From: Patellaria atrata CBS 101060
Taxonomy: Eukaryota
Assembly: GCA_010093705.1 (NCBI GenBank)
Contig: MU006116.1
Coordinates: 161,424 to 225,423, forward strand
Direction: 5' to 3'
Length of the DNA: 64,000 nucleotides
This document shows, piece by piece, positions 48,643-61,245 of the stretch. Numbering within the stretch: position 1 is the stretch's first letter; every line of letters begins with the position of its first letter. The position numbers and the translations under genes are program-made. The notes beneath the pieces are model-generated. The model made no database searches. It was not told where the DNA came from and saw nothing but the letters and a program-made list of their open reading frames with translations.

Positions 48643-51600
48643 ATGGCGGAACCAATAGGTGCAATCGTTGCTGTATCGCACATCACTAATAGGATCATTA
48701 AATATCTGCGGGACGTCCAGGAAGCTGACAATGAGCGTGAATTTCTACTCAAACAGGTTAGAGATGCCAGTATGAATGCGATGTCTATACCCTTCCTCCT
48801 GGAGAGAGGGGTTGCATCATCATCAACAGCACCATGGGTCGTACATCTAACCCAATTGACTGGAAAAGATGGTTCGTTGGAGAAGTATGTGGCATTGTTA
48901 CAAGAGATCGAGGAAAGAGTTAAAATAAAGGACGTATCGTCCCGTTCCAGACAAAGGGTGCAAAGGGTCTTTCAGGATCTCGGGTTCCCTTTTCAAAAGA
49001 CAGATTTGGACAACCTATTGAAAAGAGTGACGGTATATAGGGAGATGTTCAGGTCGGCGCTACAAAGAGTTGACGTAGAGGTTGCCATAGCAACGAGATC
49101 AATAGTGCAGACGTCCGAGACACAGCTTAGGGATTTGACAAGTTTGACGATACCGATGGTGTCTGCTTACTGAAAGATCTAAAGGCCATTGAGCGATCGA
49201 TACCGAACTTACGAGTACTTGTTGCGTCGAGGCCAGTACCAAATGAATACTTTGATTTATTCTATCCGGCTAATCAAGTAGACGTCGTCGTTCACGATAC
49301 CGACCTAAGAAAGTTCGTCGAGGCAACACTGGAGGAGTTCGCGGAGATACGGGTCTTGTCTCCATTGCTCAAGGCTAGAACGTCGGATGAAGAGCGTCAA
49401 CATATTGCCTCGCAGATCATTTCGAAATCTGATGGAGTCTTTATCTTGGCCAAGAATTCTTTAAGGACTATATCCCTTTGCGATACCAAGGTATCTCTTC
49501 TAGCAAGCTTAGATGATCTCGCCAAAAGCTCTGGAGATGCTATCGACGCAACTGTCACCAGAATTCGCGAGCAGGATTCTTGGGACAGACGCTCACTTGG
49601 CAGGAAGGCTCTAATTTGGATGGGAAATATAGGAAGAGGGTTGACAGTCGGCGAATTACTCCACGCTCTTTCGCTATACACCAACAAGTTTACACCCGAT
49701 TTGAACCATGACGCTGTCGGCGATGAATCACACCTTATCGCAGCAACTCAAGGAGTTATCTCAATCGAACCTTCTACGAAGTTGACGTTGATCGATAACA
49801 GTTTCCAAGAGCGGTTCGACGCGATCATCCCTAAAGCAGATATTGAAATAGCGGAAATTTGTCTACGTTACCTGAATTTTGAAACCTTTAAATCCGGTCA
49901 CTGTACGTCAAAAGAAGCATAGGACCGCCGAAAGACCGAGTATCCCTTTCTAGGATATGCTGCTACTTACTGGGGATTTCATGCAAGTGTCGGTCCTGAA
50001 ACCACACTCGTTGAGAAGATACTAGAAGTTCTGGGAAACGACGATATCGTTGCTTCTGCTGCTTAAGCCTTAATACCTGCCCTCGACTGGAACGGATTTC
50101 CAAAGAATTACAATGCCCTCCCCGCTCTTTCATCTCCACCACTGCTACGAGATATACACCTAGCAGCGTATTTCAATCTGTCTGAAACCATGAACCGGTT
50201 ACTACAAGATAGAAACGATATCGATATTCAGTCCCTCAATGGATACACAGCACTGCACATCGCGTGTAAGAGAGGATTTATACCCATCGTTAAGTTACTA
50301 TTAGAGCATGGAGCTGATCCAAATTACAGAAGTCAACAGGGCCACTCTATAATGCAAACGGCTGTGGAATGTATGAAAGAGGACTTGGTGAGGTTGTTGC
50401 TCGAGAAAAGTTCTGCAATCGTTAATCAGAGAGGGAGACAAAGCACGACACCACTGATGAGCGCTTGCAAGCTCAGTTTGAATAACATAAGCAGGATACT
50501 CCTTGAAGCTGGCGCGGATCCGTCCCTGAAGGATGACTCAGGCAATAACGCACTTCATTGGTGTGCGATATCTGGCAACTGCAATATTGCTGAGGAATTA
50601 TTAAAGTTACATCCAGAACTTGTCAACAATACCTCGAATCAAAACCGAACAGCATTATCATATGCAGCAGAGCACCGTCATTCTTCTATGCTCAAACTAC
50701 TTTACGACATGGTGCAGGAGCATGCCTCAGAGATACCGTCGCCGACCACATTCCTCTTCATTGGAGTGTGAAATCAAACCATCTAGAGGGCGGTGAGATA
50801 CTTTTAGCTGCTGATCGTACTTCAGTAAATCGGGTCGGTAGTGACCACAAGACCTGCCTCGCATATGCAACAGAATGCCTTTCCGTTGATATGTTGCATC
50901 TATTGAAAAAATATGAAGCGGATCCGGGCATTCAAGATTATGATGGTAGAACCCCATTACATTGGGCTTTCTCTCAATTATCCCAAAAGGACGCTGAGGA
51001 GGACCGGGTGAAGATAGTGACATTACTTCACGGAAACTTTGGGATCAATGTCAATTGTCAGGACTTCCGCGGAAGAACAGCCCTGCATCTAGCCATCGAA
51101 GGACGTCTTCCAAAATCAGTTGGAAAACTTCTTGCAGCCGGAGCGGATCCTGGAATAAGAGCATTCGCGGAGATGGGATGGAACGCATATCATTATTGCG
51201 CCGCATTCGGAACTCCCGAGATACTCCAACTGATATACGAACATACTAAAGGCCTCCATCTATTTGAACGAGCCACCTTCTAGTTCGACACGATTCTTCA
51301 CACTGCAGTGGTAAGGCAAAACGTGAGCTTAATTGAACCGATACTCAGGCTTGGCTTTGATATTGAGGCGAGGACCCGCAGGCTATCCACACCGTTGACA
51401 CTGGCATCAGACTTTAGAAATCTGGCTGCTGTGCCCATCCTACTAAAAAATGGAGCGAATGCATCTGCTCAGGATGAGGATGGATGGACAGCGTTTCGGT
51501 TTGCGGCAACGACCCAGGCAGATGACGTTCTAGCCGCATTGCTCGACTTGACAGTTGACCACTCGCCTCTCTTGCTCCCGAACCGGTGGGGTGAGTCGAC

Positions 51601-51802
51601 GCTTCATGTTCCCGCAAAACATGGGCATGTGAAAATAGCTAAAGTGTTGGTTAAGAAAGCGAAGATACGAAGTATGTACAAATGTAGAACAGCGGGAGGG
51701 CTTACGCCGAGGGATTTCGCCAATAAAGAAGGTGCAGATGGCGGTAACCAAAATTTTGGAGGAAGGCGAAAATTTGTCGACGAGATAGATCAGAGCTATT
51801 AG
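48643..51802 (+). pseudogene. NLR-like STAND gene (N-terminal helical domain - truncated NACHT - winged helix - ankyrin repeats), inactivated
   Basis: N-terminus MAEPIGAIVAVSHITNRIIKYLRDV. NACHT tail LRVLVASRP, SDGVFILAK, KALIW...LTVGELLHAL, YPFLGYAATYWGFHA. Ankyrin motifs GYTALHIAC, TTPLMSAC, GNNALHW, GRTPLHWA, GRTALHLA. Stops at 49920, 50064 and 51281, frameshift about 50700, no Walker A. Confidence 0.88.
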
Positions 51803-52036
51803 TATAACGAATCATTCCTACAAATCTTTAGTGGAAAATATTCTATATTCAGATATACCGATTGAACGCTAGTTTACCCCATTAAAGACAAAAGTGTACA
51901 GGGAATCATAGAACCCGGACCCAGAACCAATTACGCCGCCCAATACCGATACAATCGTATAGTAAAATTCAAAACCAGTCCTAGTACGCTAGTCATACCC
52001 CGAGTAGTTGTATATAGCCCTAACCGTTTACAATCG

Positions 52037-52513
52037 TCAGGGCCTGCCAAGGTTGAGTCCGCTCAGGATTTTCTTTTGATGGCCGTTCTTCCGTACGCCA
52101 CGGATGTTTTTGATGCTCTCGGCTAGACTCTTTTGCAACTTCGGGCGAACCGACGGGCTAGGCCGTACATTATTTTCCAAGGCCTTCTTCCGCCTGAGCG
52201 ATTTGTCAGTGAGCCCAGACTTAGGGGCAGGACCCTTCCTAATCACCGGCTTCTTCTGCTGCATCATGTATAGCACATTGAATGGTTTGGTTGAGGTAGC
52301 GGAAGTCGTTTCTTGTACTGAATCCGCAGAAGGCGTTGAGGACGAGGAGGTGTCAGGAGAGATTGAGGGTGCTCGGCTCGGACAGGAAAGAAAAGTTTGT
52401 TGCGTCTCCTGAGGAACTGAGGTGCTCAGGTGTGGATTTTGACCGAGGAAACCTTTATACACGACGTCTGCTGAAGAGGAAGCCTTTGCGGTTGTTAAGT
52501 TGAGGGTAGACAT
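52037..52513 (-). CDS. Hypothetical Ser/Lys-rich 158-aa protein
   Basis: Clean ATG in good context (ACTATGTCT), upstream TATAAATA near 52690, basic C-half with NLS-like LRRKK. No family recognised. Confidence 0.45.
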   Translation of the reverse strand: MSTLNLTTAKASSSADVVYKGFLGQNPHLSTSVPQETQQTFLSCPSRAPSISPDTSSSSTPSADSVQETTSATSTKPFNVLYMMQQKKPVIRKGPAPKSGLTDKSLRRKKALENNVRPSPSVRPKLQKSLAESIKNIRGVRKNGHQKKILSGLNLGRP

Positions 52514-53099
52514 AGTGATAAAATGGTCGTTGAGAGGTGATTAAAGAGGTATGTATGCGAGTTGATGTATAAGTTCAAATGAAGTGAGCAAAGGTCGCGG
52601 TTTATGCGAGTTTGGTTTTGTGTGTGTGTGTGTACGTTAGAATGGTTAGAAAATTGTGAGGACTAAGAAGGATGGAAGAGAAGGCAATATTTATAGAGAA
52701 ACAGCATGCTCCGTGCGATGGTAATTGACAGTCAACACTAGAATTTCGAAAAGTGGGACCAGAAAGAGGAGTTCTCGCTGCTTCCATGATAGTAAAGTGA
52801 CCGTAAACCGTGGATGGCGGAGATCGTGGTTAAAATGATAATACTCTGGGAGTGGTTGTATGCTAGGCGATCGAATAGTGGCTAGTACCGCGATACTGAG
52901 TTGTCAGACCACAAGCTGGGGAATGTGGTGCATAATATAATCCTCGTTCACAGTGGTACTGTACCGATCATTTTGTGCAGCCGTCAACCTAAAACCCATA
53001 CGTAAATAAGCGAGTCAAAGCTGTATCAAAATAAATTGAAGTCAAAACATCTGACCAACTACCTTAGTATCTCTGTTCCATAACCTCATCTAACATGGT

Positions 53100-54298
53100 C
53101 TACCACCTCAACGGTTCCGAACCGATAGAACCCCAAAGAGGTGGACCGTTAGGTGCAGAATCATACTTTCCGTACGTGTCATAGTATGAATCTTCGGCAT
53201 ACTTCTCACTCGTTTCCAGCAGCTTTTGTCTCTCTCGATTCCATTGCCAGTCTGTCGGCTCCCTCCATGGGCAATCGTCCCCCCAATAGCGAGCCATAGT
53301 CGGTACACCCCAGCGAGCGCAGAGATACGCGGGGCGATTGCAATTCACACAGTCGATGTCATCTTCACGGGGATGGTCGTTAACATAGAGTCCTGCGCAT
53401 CCGTGGGGAAGCCACGATGGGTTTTCTAATTGAGGGATTTCACCGGGGAACAACGGAATTGGCGGCAGGACTGTTGATCGGGATTTTTTATGCGTTTCGA
53501 TTTGGTGTTTATAGACTGTGGAACGATCTGTCGTCGAGACGTTATACACACATGATTGTAACGGACAGGCCCATCCGCAAAGGAAATTCTGATTGTACAT
53601 CTCGAACTTCTCGTGAGCGAGCCACGTGCGGCCTGAAGAGATGTAAGAATGAAGTACAATGAAACAGGACCTCGTAGAAATGACTTACGGCCATCACTTC
53701 CTATCCTGTTAGGCTGCCTGGTATTCTTTACGATTCTATGGTATGTCGTTCGTCGCTCAGCAACAGTTATTGGACCGGTATCTGTAAAGTAAGTTATTAA
53801 TATACCTTTATGAAAGCGAGGACTTACGGTATGTTAGATGTACTGATTCCGGGAGCTGAGCTGTTTCATCTATTTCAAGACTCAGGGCCCTATTCTTGTT
53901 GGAGTGGAAGTTGTTCGCAGGATCCAAATACCTTCAGGTTTAAAATCTTCCCCAATTGGTAACAATAGAACGTGAATATCAAATGTATGGTCCGCTTGCT
54001 CTAGGAAAGCCTGATAATGTCGAGAACGGTGTTCGGACCCGGTATACTCTTTAAGGAGTCTAGCAAGTCGGCGCACATCATCCAAAACTAAGATATCGAC
54101 CGAGACTTGGTAATCCTCGTCATACCGGCTCCCGAGGCTGCGAAGGATTAAACTTCCCGAATGTCGGGCCGACTCGGTTGCGTAACTGCTAGCAGAAGCC
54201 GGTAGCGCTACGAGGTCTCCAGGCGGTCCGGTTGACGCGGAATGATTATCATAAAGTGGAACAACGCCGAAAACTTTCATACGGCTAGTACTAGACAT
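53100..54298 (-). pseudogene. Possible multi-exon or degenerate gene with a C2H2-like zinc-finger segment
   Basis: Two ORFs (54298-53882 and 53600-53100) with GTAAGT donors near 53828 and 53688 between them. CPLQSC...YKHQIETH and CVNC...C motifs. I could not build a stop-free model. Confidence 0.35.
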
Positions 54299-57200
54299 AC
54301 TAAATATGCAGTAGAAGAGATCGCGTGAGCATGAGTTCGATGGTCGAAGGGAGTGACGATTGAATATGAATCAGAGGGGACGAGGCACGAGACGAAAAGG
54401 GATAGTAAAGTGGAGGTTCAACATATCAAATTCCACGCTCTAAGAAGAGTTTTATAGGAATTTTAAGCATTGAAAAAATATAGAGGCATTGAGGTACGCT
54501 AGGTATAACTCCGAACTGCCAGTGAGCGGCAAAGTCGCACAGGTCAATAATCGGACGAGGCATACAGACAGATGACTTCACAGCAAAGTAACGAAGCCGG
54601 AGAGCGAAGGCCAAGGGGGATGCAAGCTGGAATTAGGCACCGAAAGGTTATCAAATAACTTGGTGATATATCGTAGTGGAGCCGCTATCTGTACAGCGGG
54701 CCGGCCGAGACATTTCATCGCCAGTGTCAGGCCAAGTGTTGTCCCTGATCCGCGGGAGATGCAATTGGATGCTGAACTGGTCGAGATCCAACAATGCACG
54801 TAGAGACGGAAGTATCCAAATGTATTTCCAGGTAGCTTGCAGATTGAGCAACGCTTGAGCAAGACGGATTACTTCCGTTGCCTGCGTGAAGTGCGTGAAA
54901 TGCGTGGGCCCTTGCACATCTGGGGTCGACGGGGAATATATAGTAAAGAAGCTTGTCTGCGCCCTGAGTTTGAAGAGAAGAACGTCTCGGTCCGCCCCGC
55001 TGAGAATCCCAGGGGAATGGATGGGCAACAAGGGAATACAAAATGGAAAAATAGGACAGTTGAGAAGCTTCAAGGGTAGGTTTCACAAAAGGGCATAGGT
55101 GAGCGCTATGCGGCAGTCGTCATCCTCTGAGATCCTTTCCTGCATATGTGTAGCCCTCGTTGCCTCCCCTGGTACATCTGCAAAGTTCCTTTCTCGTCGC
55201 AACCCAGCAATAGGGACTCGACTGTCACAAGATCCTGCAATACCGAATTATGATGCCACGGTTCTGGCATGAACGACGAAGCGGGGGCGTTCGTTCGGCG
55301 GATTCAACTTGTGAAATCAAAGCTGCCACGAAACCTATGGGAGGACATGGATAATTATTGAAACCTAAGGCATGCAATCGAGGACGGAAATGGAATTGGA
55401 CTGCATTTCATCAGCTATTAGATGGACGGGGTGAATCTGATAGCAACACAGTCAGCATACTACAACTGCACGGTAAGGTTAAAGGCTTCGAACAAAGGAG
55501 ATAGGATTGTCGGGTACCTTTACTGTAGCTCTGGGTTCTAGGGTGGGAGACGAGGGAATGTTGCAGTTTACGGGCGACTGCATTTCATCTCTCCCACTCA
55601 TGGCCCTGTGTTTGTACTATGCGAATGTGTAAGGTGCAGTTGGCTTGATTTCTATGCGTGTGATGCAGATGCAGGAAATCGGTCGGTCGGTGCGAGCCGG
55701 GAGAACGGCGAAGGGGGTCGAAGAAAAGGCGAGAAAAGAAGCGCGCTATACGGATACTTCCTGTACATTAACATCAGAATCACCTTTCATCCCGTACAGT
55801 GAACAACTCTGTACTCGGTAATACCCTTTTAACATCCCATCCATCCATTATTCTGGACTCGAGTTGACGCTCTACTAGTCCTCCTAGTCCACCTCCTTGC
55901 ATCTATTCCCGTATTTGATATGATCAAGGGGTGGAACTATACTGTATGCCAACGCATCACCATTAAAGCTGACAGAGGTCGCATCAAATTGGGTCAACAT
56001 ACCGGTATCGATACCTTCACTACTCGTCATCTTGAAATCAGACTTGGCCCGATGTTTCGGCAGACCTCTGATCACAGCAAGCCTTCAGTTCGGGTCCAAC
56101 CGAATTCCATCTTTTCGTCCCAAGATAGGTATCAGAACCTATTAACTTGAGACTCATGTTAACTCTTGGTTTGAGCATCTCGCTACAAGCATCGTTCGGT
56201 TTGATTATGTCGATCTTGCACATCTTTAGATGCTGCCGTTACTCCCGAATTCAGCAGTACTGCTTACGTGGATGCTCTTTGCTTCGATGGCCCGCACTCG
56301 GGGTCTCCCACTGTCTCTGCATAAGGTAACCACGGGAGACTTCGTTGGATTTCTAGACTGAAAGATATTCCGTACCTAGACCTGTTGAGACAACTTAGGA
56401 ATCACCATGCTGCACCTGTGTAGCATGGAGATAACCGCATCGACATTTGGACATAAATTGTGGATAGAACCTTATCTTGAACTTTCGACTTACCGTTATG
56501 GCTCAATCTTCGTGAGATTATGCTATGACATCCCATTTTGGTGATGGAATTGTTTCCTGTTCAACCACATTGGGCGGGATAAGCTCTAGGGAAAAGGTGA
56601 GTTATGAAAGCCCGATCGAATGCTCTTATTCAGCCCTCAAGTTACCTTCTTGTTATCACTAGGGACGGTGCTGTGTTGGCAGCACCGGTGCCTTGACGGA
56701 ACTATGAAATCCATTGCGCTGTTCTTATGGTTAAGGGACTAGCATATTATCATCGCTCATATTATCGTAGTCCGGTTGGATGAGCATTTACCAAGATAAC
56801 CAAACCACCATCAGATCGTTCTCTGGGTGTCCATGTTTCTCTTTCCTAGAGTTTATTACTGTAAATGTTAGTCCAGTCGCCGTCAGGTGTCGTCTGTCAC
56901 ATGTATACTCCAAGAAAGGTGCACAGAAAAATGCAGAACGATTTGTTGCATATCGTATACTTTTACTTCTAAAGGTATTTGTAAGGTCTTAATTCGACTT
57001 TTGACAGGGGAAAAGTCACGCCGCGATTTAGATAGCCAGAGATGGTCTCATGTGGGTTCTCACGAATAAGCCAGTTTTGCTCAAGCATCATACTCCCTGG
57101 ACTCCATAGTGATCATGTGGAATAGTTTAATAGTAGATATCACACAAGATGCATTGTTCTTATTCTTGTACGAGTGAGGCCAGCAGCCAGTGTTTCATCA

Positions 57201-59097
57201 ATAACGTACCGGTACACCAAAGACATGATGCGGAATCTGAACCATCCACATACTTTTACAATTCATTCTAACTATTTTATCCACGGCGTCGCCACCAGGT
57301 ATATATTCTCTTCATCCTCCTCGCTGTCATCATTCCTGCCAGGTCAGTATATAACCCTTCAGTTCTAGAAAGGGATGATATGTTATCGCCTGTTCTCTGG
57401 CGTGATATGCATTACCACATCCTCGTTTGATTCATGTGTCATGATTCAGAAACTAAGCTCTTGGACATCTTTAAGGAGCGCAAGCGCTTTTGAAACCTCC
57501 AGGTAACTATAGAATACTATGCAACAGAAGAAGATCAGTCTGTTTACTCACCTAATGGCTGAACCCTGGTCCTATATCATCCTTAACGCAACTAATATAT
57601 AATGTCGGCCACATCTTCGGACTTGAAAATGAAATTCAGAGGCCGGATACACCAGATTTCGCGGAATTCTCACTGTAACAAGCTCACAGATTACAGCACC
57701 ATTAAGGAGTACATCGGAAGTATGCGACTCCATGCTGTATCAATTATCCTGCTCCGATGTCGAAAAGACGTGCGATATACTCTTTTCTGCTCCCATTCCA
57801 TCCCTTGAGAGTGGTATCAGCGACGTAAATTCCGGTTCACGTATGAATATGATTTCGATGGCATCATGCACTACTACTCTGGTCAAGGAATGAAAGAAGG
57901 TGCGCAGGTGTCTTCTGAGCTAGTACAAAAGCCGGGACATGAGAAGATTCTAAGGGAAGCTAGAGAAAAAATCTCCAGTCACCAATACGATTCCTACGGT
58001 AACACTAGCTGAGGATCCGTTCGGAGCGGTGCATCCTTTAATGGATGAATATGTGATGGCATAAAATGGAAAATGTGACAACTACTCCCCCTTCCAGAAC
58101 TTGGAAATCATTCATTTCTTCATAGAACAAATAGTGGATGCACATCCAAATCGTTCCAATAGAATCATTACAACATTTAACTCAGCGCCGATATTTTGAA
58201 TGTTTCAAGGAACAGTCTCATCACCGGATATGCATATGCCGGTGCCAGAGCTTGAGATTGATAGGAGCTGAGTGCAATCGAGACGCGCAGCAACAATCGC
58301 GTATAGAGATTAACCCGTTCCATTTCTCTAGCTGCTTTGAAGTATTGGAGCAGTAAGTAGCCGACGTATGCTGCCGTCCCTTGTCCGTTGCCTGCTTAGT
58401 GACAGACAGTGCGTATTGTACACCTCATACACTCCTGCCACATCGATCACCGAGGATGTCCGCTGACTCCATTGAGACTTCAGTCCCCGTCCCGATGGCG
58501 CCTCCTGACATTTCCAGACCCACGGAATCGGAATGCATTCCATTGCGACCTCCATGCATGGTAATTTGTTGCCTTTCCCAGGCAAAGCGGTAACATGTAG
58601 TTTCGAAACTCAATATGTGACTTCTGAATGCTTTCCCTCGCTGCCTGATTATTCTGGACATATCACGAACAGATTAAAGATCGACGACCTTGTCCTAGAG
58701 AGTTTTCCTTGCTCTTTTGAACCTGAATAGAAGGAAATGGTTCCGGGTGACATTTCACAAGAGGCCTCTCAAACACACCGAAAGAGTTGTACGGGAGGCG
58801 ATACGAGCTTTTGAATATTAATGTCGGTATTGAGTCCCTACATTATTGTCAGACACATGTTTAGATCGAATTGGATATGCGCGAAGTCGATGGACGACGG
58901 GAAATGCCAAAAGGACTGTACATTGATTGACCGATGCGAATATGAGAGGAAGCGGGAGAGGCATCTCCACCTTTCTTCAACTCTGCGACGTCATCTGCTC
59001 GTCCAGCTAGAATGCAAGTCCTACGCGTTTTTTTCAGGTCTACGATTACAGCAGAAACAACGTGGTCCTCATAAAGTCGAACATTCGTCAAGCAAGT

Positions 59098-60095
59098 ATG
59101 TCTTCAGAATACGCCACAATCGGCGTCGTCACAGGGGCTAATAAAGGAGTTGGTCTAGCCACAGGTACGGTCTCATCCTCCCGTAAAACAGCAAAGCCCT
59201 TCTAACGATCTATTTATTAGTCCGAAATCTTGCCTTACAATATCCCAACTCGAATTTCAACAAGGGACCATTCCTTATATACTTGACGGCACGCGACGTT
59301 GGCAGAGGCGAGGCTGCAGTGTCCCAGCTGAATGAGGACTCTCAGTTGAGGAACGCGAACGCTCTTAGGGCTGCTGGTGGTTTGACCGACATTCGATACT
59401 ATACTTTGGATATTGCACAGAAAGAAAGTATCCAGGACTTTGCGCAGTACCTTAAGACAACCCATAATGACGGTATTGATTTTGTTATCAATAACGCGGG
59501 TATCGCTTTAGACGGCTTCAGTGAGTTGACCATTTCATCTGCCATATCTTGTATGTGAGTGTAGCAACACTGATTAAGCGTATCTTTAGATGCCGATTTG
59601 GTGAGAGATACTCTCCACACAAACTACTACGGTAGCCTCAACGCCACCTACGCTTTCCTCCCCTTGCTCAAGTTGAACGGCCGTCTTGTGAACGTATCAA
59701 GTGAAGCCGGTAAATTGAGCAAATTCTCGCCTTCCATACGCTCCCGTTTTCTCTCCGCTCGCTCAGTTGACGATGTGACGGTGTTGATGGAAGAGTTCCA
59801 AGCTGCCGTTGAAGAAGGTAGGGAGAAGGATGCTGGATTTCCTAGCGCAGCATATGCGACCTCTAAAGCTGGTATGACTGGGTTCACCACAGTAATAGCT
59901 AGAGAGGAGAAAGAAAAGGGAAGTGAGGTCTTGATAAACGCGGTGACCCCTGGATATACGAACACAGACATGAGCAAGGGCAATGGGACCAAAACACCGG
60001 ATGAAGGATCCCGGACATTGGTCCTAGTTGCGTTGGGAGATATTGGCAAACAAACTGCTTTGTTTTGGCAAGATGAGAGGCCAGTTGAATGGTGA
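59098..60095 (+). CDS. Carbonyl reductase (CBR1-like SDR)
   Basis: GVVTGANKGVG, IYLTARDVGRGEAAV, INNAGI, TNYYG, GRLVNVSS, catalytic YATSK, INAVTPGYTNTDM. Two introns (about 59165-59220 and 59521-59589). Confidence 0.94.
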
Positions 60096-61245
60096 GGGGT
60101 GTTAGTACTGGACGGTGGGCGAGACTCTGCTCCCAAGCAGCTGTCTCCCGATGCTGTGTATGCAAACGAAAGATACCGGTCGCAGTTTGTCACAGAATAG
60201 GGCTGAACTGCTAGTCCACATACTACTCTTCTACTAGTCAACTACCGATATCTTTCGAACTTTTGGTTAAAGTATCTCAAGGGACGATGGAGTCCTAGCC
60301 AGTGATTATCGGTCCTCACCAAAGTGGTCTCAGCATTATGTACCGTATTTCTACGTGGTATTGAACGGATATGTCACTAATATGGATGCACAGTTCTTTG
60401 GTTTTTTAAGGCTGATATAGCTACTCAGATAGGCGTCAAATTGACAAGAGATATCCATATCGCTACCTTTATTACTTGCGCTGCCATAGGTAGTTTTGCA
60501 ACATACCGTACTGTACTGTACTGCGCTGTACTGTACGGAATTCTTACTGTACTTTACAAGCTGACCTACCCCTCCCCTACCTTGGGTGCTCTAATAAAAA
60601 TCCAGAGCGGCGTAATACCTTACTCCAAGGTCTCCATACCTTACCCCTAGACCTCGGCTGGGCTTTCGTACTCGTACAGTATTTTTACCTTTTTAGGTAT
60701 ATAAAAGTAACTTAAAAGTCCAACAACCTAAACGCCACATGGATTTATTTTATTGAAGGATGTATTGCACCTTATGAGCTTCCTCTTCCTTTCCCATTCT
60801 TCCTCCTCTTCCTCTTCCTCTTTCCCGTCTCACTCTGCTTTCTACCGTTAATCGTTGTTTCATCGTTGCTTATTATTATATACCCTAGACTCAGCTGACC
60901 GCTTACCTTACCCATCTATACCAATGAAGAGCCGCCCGTGCCTGGTACCCGCACCGGCCTCATTCCCCGCTGTAACGCTGTTTATATTGTCGCTCATCTA
61001 TTATTCTCTTATTCTCTTAACCTTTTCATCTGTTCCTGGGAAAATAAATCATGCCCCTCTCCGGGTCTCGTCCATGCCTGTCACAGCGGCTTTACGAGTC
61101 AATTGAGCTAGTGCTTCCGGCTTTGCAAACAAATATTCCTGTCTGCGGCCTTCCAGTATAAGATGGGCCTGCCTGTCATACGAAGAGTTGGTCCTGGGTC
61201 GAATCTGAGATCCGCATTAATTCGTGAATAACGTTTCAAGTCACA

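Noticed and set aside
49075..49130. Intron that would restore the frame in the NLR relic
   Set aside because: Weak donor GTAGAG and no CTRAC branch point. Downstream stops remain in any case.
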